From assembly GCF_001194135.2 (NCBI RefSeq), contig NC_068994.1, positions 50,999,944-51,063,665 of the forward strand: a DNA stretch of 63,722 nucleotides. The letters are read 5' to 3'. The notes beneath the pieces were generated by a model. It did not search any database. It was not told where the DNA came from and worked only from the letters and a program-made list of their open reading frames with translations. The translations under genes were made by a program, and so were the position numbers. Positions 13,911 through 25,700 of the stretch are shown in pieces. Source of the stretch: Octopus bimaculoides (lineage: Eukaryota). Numbering within the stretch: the stretch's first letter is position 1; the number at the start of each line of letters is the position of its first letter.

Positions 13911-16900
13911 GTGTAAGTATCTTGAGAGAAAAGCTGAACATTAGAAGCATCAGTTGTGGTGTGCAAGAGAGACGATTGCGCTGGTATGGACATGTGGTGA
14001 GAATGGATGAGGATAGCTGCGTGAAAAAGTGCCACACCCTAACAGTTGAGGGAACCCGTGGAAGAGGTAGGCCCAGGAAGACCTGGGCTGAGGTGGTGAG
14101 GCAAGACCTTCGTACATTGGGCCTCACCGAGGCGATGACTACTGACCGAGACCTTTGGAAATNNNNNNNNNNNNNNNNNNNNNNNNNNNNNNNNNNNNNN
14201 NNNNNNNNNNNNNNNNNNNNNNNNNNNNNNNNNNNNNNNNNNNNNNNNNNNNNNNNNNNNNNNNNNNNNNNNNNNNNNNNNNNNNNNNNNNNNNNNNNNN
14301 NNNNNNNNNNNNNNNNNNNNNNNNNNNNNNNNNNNNNNNNNNNNNNNNNNNNNNNNNNNNNNNNNNNNNNNNNNNNNNNNNNNNNNNNNNNNNNNNNNNN
14401 NNNNNNNNNNNNNNNNNNNNNNNNNNNNNNNNNNNNNNNNNNNNNNNNNNNNNNNNNNNNNNNNNNNNNNNNNNNNNNNNNNNNNNNNNNNNNNNNNNNN
14501 NNNNNNNNNNNNNNNNNNNNNNNNNNNNNNNNNNNNNNNNNNNNNNNNNNNNNNNNNNNNNNNNNNNNNNNNNATCGTCCAACCCATGCTAGCATGGAAA
14601 GCGGACGTTAAACGATGATGATGATGATTAATAGGAGAAAGGGCTCTATACCCCTTTCTTATTTTTTTCTGACCAGGCTCCCGTGGCTTTGTGGGTTTTT
14701 CCACGTGTAACCTTTCCTTTTTCGAAGCGCCTCCCCCTTCGGGGGCTTCTACTTATTTATTTATCTATTTATTCATTATATCTTTCTCCGTTTAGACGAA
14801 CTTTCCTTCCTTTTCGGACAAAACCTTTTGCAACCTTCATCTTGTCTTTGTCCTTATATGTTTTTGATTGATATTAGCCCTTGTGGCCAATAAAACGAAT
14901 TAATTATTATTATTATTACTACTATTTATTCCACTAGGACACCAGATGAAGGGTGGAGAGTAAATCAGCCGAAACGTTGTGGTAACAACAAAGAAGATGA
15001 GGACACGTATCCGTCCAATGGAAATAATGAACAGAATTCCTCATCTCTAAAATATGGAACAGTCAAAGCAACAAAGTCGGGAAGCAAGTTTCTTAAGCAC
15101 ACAATCACACCTGCACCAATTTAGAAGTAAAAAGTTTTGCAAAATGTTTTCCATCTAAGTAGATGTTGAATAACATATATAAAGTAAATGAATAAATAAA
15201 TGAAACACTCACCTGAGAAAGTATCTGTGACATGAAAATCATGGCTGGGGTGCAAACAAAATGTCGGAAATCAGAAGCTGGATATAGGATTGGAATCAAC
15301 TTCAACAGCAACAACTAGATCAAAATGAAAATAAGCACTGCATTCAAGGATGGCACAAAAAAAGGGGTGGCGGCGATGGTGGAAATAAACTCTGTTGTCT
15401 GTACATTTTACTGTTTCATAGTTTCAATCACCCGTCTGAATGACATATCACTGCTGTAGCTTAAACATAAGTCATTTCTACTCTTCTTCCATAAACATTC
15501 TACAGTGGGACATCGGTTTAGAAATTTAATTCATTCCTGAAGGCCATTTGTCACCCATAATGCTTGTAAATCAAAACTATTTTTTCCCATAGGATATTCA
15601 AGAGAAAGCAAGGCAAATTTGATCAAGGATGTATACTGAATAAAAGCTCAACAGTAACTAGTGCTGTGTTGCTGATATTCTCAGCTTGTCACCAAATGTT
15701 GTTGTTGCTGGTTTTTGCATATTTGTTACTTGAGACACCACTTCTCACCTGAGATGTTTTATGCTCATAAAATTATTTGTAAACTGATTTGTTCCTGATG
15801 TCAGGTGTTCATAAATGGCGGTTCAACTGCATTGTTTAAAATAAGAATCACATTAGCCACTATCGAGGAACTTCCATAAAGTCACTAAGCCTGCTTTAAG
15901 TATTAGTTAAATCCATCTCTACAAGCAGCAGCCATTCTCCTTAAAATGACCACCACTGCAAACTAGCAAGATAGATTCAACATAAGGCGCAGGCATGGCT
16001 GTGTAGTAAAAAGCTTGCTTCCCAACCTCATGGTTCTGGGTTCAGTTCCACTGTATGGCACCTTTGGCAAGTGTCTTCTACTATAGCCTCAGGTCAACTA
16101 AAGCCTTGTGAGTGGATTTGGTAGATGGAGACTGAAAAAAGCCCATTGTGTGTGTGTGTGTATTTATGTGTATCTTTTATTGTCCCCGGATGTTTGAAAG
16201 GCAAAACTGACCTCAGCAAGATTTGAACTAAGAATATAAAAAGTCAGAAGAAATACCAGGAGTCATTTTCCTCAAAGCTTCAATGATTTTGTAAGCCCAC
16301 GATACTTTTTATTTCTTTAAATTTCCTTTCAGAATAAACAACACCATCCAAAGCAGAGTTATGACCCTTGCAAACAATTGTAATGAAATTAACCAACTTT
16401 AGAATAGTTGCATGTAGTTCTCTGCTGTAGGAGATAAATGGTTGGCATGGGGAAGGGCACCACCTCTAAAGGAGAATCATGATGATTGAGGAGCTTGCAA
16501 GGTTACCCACCTGCCCTCTTAGCAGTTAGTAGTCCTGCTAGAAACAGCAGCAAAATATCAGTACTGTCTTAGAAAAAGGAAGGACACACTGAAGTGAGTG
16601 CTACTAAGATACTTTGAGGTTGAAACAAGAGAAGGTCTCATTTGGAATGTATTTCATCATATGTTACCTTAGGACAACAACAAAAACATTTTCTGAGAGC
16701 CAATGAGATAGATTCTACAGTCACGTGATCTATGTGTGCATATGTGTATATATAGGAGGATGAAATGATCACACTGGAAGCTGGAATAGCTCTGATCATA
16801 GATCAACTCAATCCAGATTAATCGAACGAGAAAGAAGAACAATTTTAAAATCTTACCGTATCAAGACCAGGGAAGGTCTTCCCAAGCGCTGACTGGTGGG

Positions 16901-17543
16901 CTTTGATTGCTGCCAACACAGCTGTAGCAGCAGGTTGTGAGGAGAACTGTGCTAACTGGAACAGTTTAACAACCAGTCGATCCACAAGCCATAGATTTAC
17001 TTCTTGGTGCTTACACACATCCATGTAGAAGGTCAGGACAAATGTGAACAGTTTCTGTAGAATCAAACACAAAGGGATTACATGTATGTATGCGCATGCA
17101 TGTGTGTGTGTTTCTTCGCTCTTTTTAAATTTATTTATTAGAATTCTTCGTAGAAGAAAGGAATTGGCTTCTAACAGAGAAACAAAAGCTCCATCACTGG
17201 AATTTGGATAATGACAATAATAGCACATGAAAAGTACCATCCAAACATGGCCAATGACACTACCGCTTTGACTGGCTTCTTCTGTGCCAGTTGCACGTAA
17301 AAAGCACCATCCGATCGTGGTCGATGCCAGCTCCTCTGGCCCCTGTGCTGGTGGCATGTAAAAAGCACCCACTACACTCTTGGAGCGGTTGGCGTTAGAA
17401 AAGGCATCCAGCTGTAGAAACCTTGCCAGATCAGATTGGTGCCTGGTGCAGCCTCCTGGCTTCCCAGACCTCAGCTGAACCGTCCAACCCATGCCAGCAT
17501 GGAAAATGGATGTTAAACGATGATGATGGTGATGATGCTATAT

Positions 17544-17575
<32 letters not shown>

Positions 17576-17805
17576 NNNNNNNNNNNNNNNNNNNNNNNNN
17601 NNNNNNNNNNNNNNNNNNNNNNNNNNNNNNNNNNNNNNNNNNNNNNNNNNNNNNNNNNNNNNNNNNNNNNNNNNNNNNNNNNNNNNNNNNNNNNNNNNNN
17701 NNNNNNNNNNNNNNNNNNNNNNNNNNNNNNNNNNNNNNNNNNNNNNNNNNNNNNNCGTTTAATGGAAAGCGGACGTTAAACGATGATGATGATGATGATG
17801 ATGAA

Positions 17806-17843
<38 letters not shown>

Positions 17844-20800
17844 AAAGAGAGAAAAACAAAAGGAGGATGCAACACAAGCAAAGTATTAATACGATGCTTG
17901 GAGAAGGAAAAGAGTAGTTGCTTTACGTTTCGAGCATAGCTCTTCTTCGGAAACAGGAAAACAGGAATGTCCAAAAGGAAAAGAAGGAAGAAAGAGGAAA
18001 GTAAAATCGCCAATAATCCATGCGCAGTTACACACACACAGACAAGTAAGTATGTATGTGTGTACATATGTATTTAGGTAGATAGATAGATGGATGGATA
18101 AGAGTGAAGAATATGTGTGTGAGTGTTTTTTTTTGTAACATACCTCGAGCTTTGTCTTGTTACCATCACCTAAACTGGGATGGTTGCACTTCACCATCCG
18201 CTCAATGATGGTAATTTGGTCATTTGCAGAACGACCATCTAGTTCTGTCTTGAGTGCTTCATATGATTTTGGTACTGAAATTGAGAACAACATATAGTCA
18301 AGCAAAGCAATTAATAAGATGCACCATGGAGGACCACACTTTATAAGTTCCTAACAGAAAGAACATCTCTCGTTAGTTAGACTAGAATTAGCTACACATT
18401 TCACACAAGCATACACCTACAGATTCATATGTACATATACACAAACACACACACTGAGCTTCCATACAGTTTCTTATTTCTTTACTGCCCACACGGGGGC
18501 TACACACAGAGGGGACAAACAAACGGATTAAAACGATTATATCGACCCTAATGTGTAACTGGTACTTGTTTAATCGACCCCAAAAGGATGAAAGGTAAAG
18601 TCGACCTTGGCAGAATTTGAACTTGTAATGTAGTGGCAGACGAAATACCGCTAAGCACTTCGCCCGGTGTGCTAACGTTTCTGCCAGCTCGCTGCCTTCT
18701 ATACAGAAGAAAAGGAAAATAAAAGAAAGACTGTAAAGAGGCTTAAAATTTGCTTCTCAACCACATGGCTCCAGGTTCAGCCCCACTGCATGGCACCTTT
18801 AGCAAGTGTCTTCTACTATAGCCTCAGGCCAACCAAAACCTTGTGAGTGGATTTGGTAGATGGAAACTGAAAGAAGCCTGTCATATATGTATATATGCCT
18901 ATGTGTGCATGTATTTGTGCCTGTGTTTGTCCTCCAACTACTGCTGGGGTTGATTCATTCAAAATTCTCCAAGGTGGTGCCCCAGCATAGCCACAATCTA
19001 ATAACTGAAATATAAAGGTTGATATCTTAGTAAATTTACCTTTGAATACAAATGGTAGTTCTTTCTTGGCCTTTTCTGATATTTCTGACATTTTCTGAAA
19101 ACGAATAAATCAGAAGATCAATAGTTATTGCAACAACAGGATAGAACATGGTATCTGAAAGGATGAAAGTCAATGTCGACCTTGGCAAAATTTGAACTCA
19201 GAACATGGAGACAGATGAAATGCCACTAAGCATCTTGCCTAGCATGCTACCAATTCTACCAGCTCGCCGCCTTAATAACAATAATAATAATAAATGCCCG
19301 GATGCAGTACCAAGCACTGGCTCTCGTGGTTTCTGATCTGAATTGATTGGAAGTGTTATCATGTACATTGTTTTGTCTTGGTATAAAAAGATGGGCTACA
19401 GCAAATATTCTGCTTAATACCACAGATTTACTTGTCAGTTGTTTGACCATAACCAGTTGAGCATGTCCCTTGGTGGCTGATGATATGTACATCTCTGATC
19501 ATGAGCAGAAGTAGTGGGGGAGCATCATAGCCATATTCTTTGGGGTTTGAATAATTCACCTCTGGAAACATGGGTGTTTCGTTCAACATCTTTAAACAAC
19601 TTTTATTCAAGGACCTTTTGAGCAGGATGGGCTACTCGACCTGAAGAAAATTCTAACTCGGTCCCACCTGCGAGGTCATGCGCTGTTTATCTTGATATGC
19701 GATCACCATGTTGTGCACATATGGTCGTGATGCATGTGCCTGGCGTACCCTTATCAGACGGGGAGTCACGGTGGTTATATTGGGCTTTGGATATTTGTAC
19801 CCAGGTGTCACTTTGATGGTAAGTGCTGCTCTTATTGAATAATAATAATAATGATGATGATAAATCAGTGAATTCTGTTAAGGTGCTACAAAAAAGGAAT
19901 GATCAAATCTACCAGTTTCACATCAGTTTTGTCAGTGCTAATTCTTACCTTGGCATCAGCTTCTTCATCATCTTCATCTTTTTTGTCAGTCATACGATCC
20001 TCATTTTTCTCACTGTTTCCAGCTACCTCCTTTGATTTGTCTGCTTTCGCATTATCGTCACCATCCTTCTTGTCGTCGTCGTCATCATCATCATCATCAT
20101 CTATAAATTTGAACAGAAAAATTAAACAAAATATTTATCATTAAATAAATTTATTTATTTGTATCTTACATGTTAATTAAAGTGGAGGCAAACGGCTTAG
20201 TGATTATGATCATGCACTCATGATCATAAGATTGTGGTTTCAATTCTTGGATCAGGCAGATGTTCTATGAAGTGTCCTTGAGCAAAACACTTCATTTTGT
20301 GTTGCTCCATTCTACTCGGCTGGTAAAAATGAGTAACCCTGCGATGGACCAGAGTCTCATCCAGGAGGAAAATACATACACCACAGAATCTGGAAAACAA
20401 GCCCTATGAGTTTGTATGACTCAGAAGAGAGTATTATATTACAAGAGGGAAGCTGTGGAAGTTCTAATCAAATACTAAGGTTGACGTCTTTGATTATATC
20501 CTGGCCTGAGGAACCCCAATTTTGTCAGAATCATACCAAACTACAGATTTCAAATCTTGCCCCAGCATGGCCACAGTTCAATGACTGAAAACTGGTACAA
20601 GAATAGAACAACGTGTAATAGAAAGTAAAAAAAAAAGTCTCATTAAAGTGAAACTTACCGGAATAGTGTTTAATACTATCCTTTTCATCATCATCTTCAT
20701 CATCACTCCCGTCGTCGTCATCATCATCCTCATCGTCATCTTCATCATCGTTATCTTCATCATCTTCCTTCTCTTCTTCATCATCTTTGAAATCAATGTC

Positions 20801-22191
20801 GTCACTAAATTTTACAGACTTTTTGTTGTTTCTGTCTTCTTTCTTTGATTTATCTTTCAGGACAGGTTGTAGAAACCTGGATCACGACGAAAAAAAAGGA
20901 AACCTGACAAGATTTGAACTCATCATCATTACCCTTATTGTTTTAATGCCTACACAATGGGACTAAACCTGGAACCAAGTGGTTGGAAAGCAAATTTCTT
21001 ATCTACACAGATGCACCTGTATGTGTGTGTGTATGCACACACACACACACTCACTTAGTTATCATTCAGCTAGTGTTAGGAATATAAATTGTGACTAAGG
21101 TTTGGTGGAAAATTTTAATTCAAAACTTATAGAAACAAGACATTTGTACTCAGAGCCAGAGCCGGTTTCAGCCAGGTTGGTTACTGCAGCTATTCCTCAA
21201 CATATAACATTATAAATTCTCATTTCCAACAGAAACATTAGATGATCTTAAGAGCAAATGAGAGCTGCTCAGCATTGCAAGCAAAACAACCAAAGAAAGA
21301 ATTTTCAAGAGAAAGATCAAGTAAATACAGAAAACCCATTTCTACTCACTGTTCATCTCCAAGAGCATCAGCTGATATAAATTGTCGTTTCTTTTGTTTT
21401 TCAATTTCCCATGGTGCTTTCATCCTCAGTAAACGGTCTTTCTGCAAATATTCATGGTATGAGAATGAAAAGGACTTGTTCAAAACACAAATTATTAATT
21501 TAAATGTTGTAAATAAGAACAGTTTTGTTTTCAAGGCTGGACCCTTTTCATAATATTTAAGTGTCAGTGACCAAATGACTGTATAGACAATATTAAACAT
21601 AGCTTAAAAAAAAATGGGAGGATCTTTGTATAAATTTAGTCAGGTACTGTATACACACATTTCTTCAAACAGGACACCTGATGACAACTGCAGATCATAG
21701 TCATCAAAATATAAATTAATATCAATTGCACATAAATATTTTTGAAAACATTATTCATCTTTAATGACGATGTTAATAATCAGGAAAATTATAACTATTC
21801 TTATAATTCTTAATTTACCAATTAACTGATTATTGGGGTTCTAGCCAAGTAGAAGGAACTTAAGGCATTTATTACTAGATTAATAGAGTTTAGTAGGAGG
21901 GACTTGAAATGGCATAGACTGTTGTCATACAAGCTTAGTGGGTGGGGCTTATAATGGCATAAATTGTTGTTTTACAAACTAAGTGGGTAGGGCTTATAAT
22001 GAGACAAATTATCAGTTTACTAGCTAAGTGAGTAACAATCATTATGGCACAAGCTATCAGTTAATTAAGTGGGTAGGACTAATATCATTATCATCATCAT
22101 CATCTTGCAGATGAAATGTAAACACACCAACATCGGCTGTCAAGCAATAGTGGGGGGACAAACAGACACACAAATAGATACATACACACAC

Positions 22192-22222
<31 letters not shown>

Positions 22223-22667
22223 TATATACACACACACACACACACATACACACACACACACACACACACATATATANNNNNNNNNNNNNNNNNNNNNNNN
22301 NNNNNNNNNNNNNNNNNNNNNNNNNNNNNNNNNNNNNNNNNNNNNNNNNNNNNNNNNNNNNNNNNNNNNNNNNNNNNNNNNNNNNNNNNNNNNNNATATA
22401 CGACAGGCTTCTTCCAGTTTCTGCCTACCAAATCCACTCACAAGGTTTTGGTCAGCCCAAGGCTATAGTAGAAGACATTTGCCTAAGGTGCTATGCTGTG
22501 GGACTGAACCTGGAACCATGTGGTTGGGGAAGCAAGTTTCTTACCACAGAGCCACATTGCCGAAAATACATTAACTTCACAAAGATGATAAACTTACCTC
22601 AAGTTTCGCAAGTCTTTCCATTTCTTCTTGGGCAAGTTCTTTCTCAGATTTCATTTTGTTACTTGCC

Positions 22668-22721
<54 letters not shown>

Positions 22722-25700
22722 CCTTTCTACTGTAGGCACAAGGCCTAAAATTTGAGGGGAGGAGGCAAGTCAATTAGATTGACTCCAATGAGCTCATTTT
22801 AAAAACCCTCTCTGGCTAATCATTGAGAGGATGTTGGTGTTACCTTGGCGGAGGTTTGTGCTCTCTGAGTGCTCTTGTTCAACAATCATTTCTACCTGAG
22901 GCATAAGGCCAGCAGTTTCAAGGGTAAGGACTTAGTCAACACCCGTGACCCCAGTAGTAGACTGGTACCTAATTTTATCAACCCCTGAGGGATGAAAGGC
23001 AAGGATAGCCTTAGTGAGATTTGAACTTAGAATGTAAAAGAAGTGGAACAAATACTACAAGGTATTTTGGCTAATGTTCTGATAATTCTGTTAAAACACC
23101 ACCATCCTCTCCTGGTTCCAATAATGGATATATTCTTCCTGAGGTTGTCTTTAGGAATGTCAGTTTACCAAGGACTATAGCAATAACCACATCAGGCCAT
23201 CATCATCGTTTAACATCTGCTTTCCATGCTGGCATGGGTTGGACAGTTTGACATGGAGCTGGGCTAGCAGAGCTGTCCAGATACCAACTGTCTGCTGTGG
23301 CATCATTTCCTGATGCCAACCACTTTACAGAGTGTGCTGGGTGCATTTTACGTGTCACCAGCATGGGTGTGATTGCACTATAGTAATTTTAGATTTCATA
23401 AATTAAATATAAAAAAAAAAAATACACACCATGAATAAAGAGTGACAGAGGTGATGTTGCAGAGGTTATACACTTACCATTGCTCGAGCTTCAAAGACCA
23501 AAGATCTTACATTCATATCGTAATCATCGACTTTTCGTTTCGGTTCATCAAAGGATCCCTAACAAAAAAAGTAAAAGAAAGTGTAAAAAAATCATAGGAC
23601 AAAAACAAAAGATATAGAAGTAAAAAGTTACGTATAAGATATAGAAGCAAGGAGGCCTAAACCCAGCCAACCCTCAAATTCTATTTTAACTAAGTGTATA
23701 CAATAATGAATAAGACTTTAACCTTTTAGGATTCAAACCAGCCAAATCTGGCCCAAATATTTAACCTGTTATATGTTCAAACAGGCCAGATCCAACCTCT
23801 CACACCTACCCTACAATGTCATGCTAAAAACAAAACTATTACACTATCAAAACCCTGAAGCTAATTCATTCAAAACAATATGACCAAATAAATATTACAT
23901 TTAACAGAGTAATCTGAAAGCTAAAGGGTCAAACTGCATCTTGTAGTGGGGCCTTAGTATGGGAGTATGGAACCACCTCTTAGACTAAGTCTACTCTGAC
24001 CTGGGGTAGTGGCACCTGTCAGGTTCCCAGCTATGGGTTAACTAGCATAGATACAACCCAAGTTATGTCTGCTCTGATAATCAACGAATCCTCTGCAATG
24101 GTTGACAATGTCAATATGAGCTGCTATGGATCATACTATCCCAAAATGTGTATGCATGTGATTGGGGACCACATGGGCACATGTGTTTCCACTGAATCTC
24201 CGAACACGAACTCTACACCTCAACAACGAACGGCGACTACAGTTATGGTATCCATGCTATCTGACATATTTGCTCTCCCAGTGGGGCATTTGCCAAATTT
24301 ACAAGCTAGAATTTCTCCCACGGGTGGAAGCATTACTTTGCTTGCTGGAACGTTAGGGCCAACCGCTGGATGTGGTCAGTTTTTGTAAGGGACATAGTGA
24401 CCTTGTTGCTCAACCCACCCTGAGTGGACGCCACTGCATATCCAAGTACAAGTAATAATAAAAAATCAAACCCACAAACCCAGTCTACTTATGCTACTCA
24501 GTTTAGCATCAATTGCTTGGTCCTATGCTGTTCCATTATTTTGTCTCTATCCTGTCCATTAGCCCACCTGACCCTCAAACAAGAATCTTGATCCACATTC
24601 AGTTTACCAAAACTTTATTTAAGATGAAGAGGCAACCTTACCTTACTGTTTGAGTCAGACATGAGAAAACGGAGTGTCTTCCATTCGGAGTTGATCTGTT
24701 CAGTCATTCTGATGGTTTCCTCTCGTACTTGCTGCTGTTCCATCTGTGGCAGAAAGGATAAACCATGGAGTTATAACACTGATATGCAAATGGTGAGATA
24801 AACACAATGATTGTACAAAAATGGGCAGATAAACCATGGAGTGATAGCATGGATATATAAATAGTGAGATAAACAATAGATTTACAATAATGAGTATGAA
24901 GATCTGAGAAATCAGAGTCTTAACATAGCCATGTAGATGGTGAGATAATCAACAAAATGGAGTGATAACAATTGAAGATAAAGCATAATGATAAAAAATA
25001 TATAGATGCAGAGATTACATGTGGAGTGATAATATGGGCATAAAGATGGTGAGGTAGAGTGATAACATAGATAGATGAATAGTGAGATAAACCATGGAGT
25101 GGTAACATGGATGTATAGATGGTGATATAAACCATGGTGTGATAACCCGGATGTATAAATGGTAGGATAAAACCTACCATAATTAAGACAAGGTAGTAGT
25201 GATGAGGTCAGGTCAAATTGCCCTAAAACTGACAGCAGAGAAGTTGTCCAAATTATTATTGTAATTACAATCCATTAATCAATTACTGACCATATCATTA
25301 GAGATAAAAATATCTCGTATTGTCATCAGATATCTTTTCCCGGGAGGTATATCACCATCATCTGACTATTTTATAAGATAGAAATTTTTTCTCCTCTCTT
25401 TCTATGTCCCTTCACCATACTGATACATTGTACATGATGACTGAAGGCCTATTTAAGAGTATGTACTTATTGGTGCCACTGGACTGGCTCCTGTGCAGGT
25501 GGCATGCAAAATACACCATTTCGAGCGTGGCCGTCGCCAGTACCGCCTGACTGGCCCGCGTACCAGTGGCATGTAAAACACCCACTACACTCTCGGAGTG
25601 GTTGGCGTTAGGAAGGGCATCCAGCAGTAGAAACTCTGCCAGATCATATTGGAGCCTGGTGCGGCCATCCGGTTCACCAGTCCTCAGTCAAATCGTCCAA

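Noticed and set aside
21639-21706. C/D-box snoRNA candidate in a NOP14 intron
   Set aside because: Non-canonical C box, weak terminal stem and no recognisable rRNA guide.
24065-24388. 107-aa antisense ORF in a NOP14 intron
   Set aside because: No motif or splice support; probably part of an unidentified repeat.
25208-25330. C/D-box snoRNA candidate with an 18S-like guide
   Set aside because: The guide has a central mismatch to CAAATTACCC, the C box lacks the purine and there is no terminal stem.
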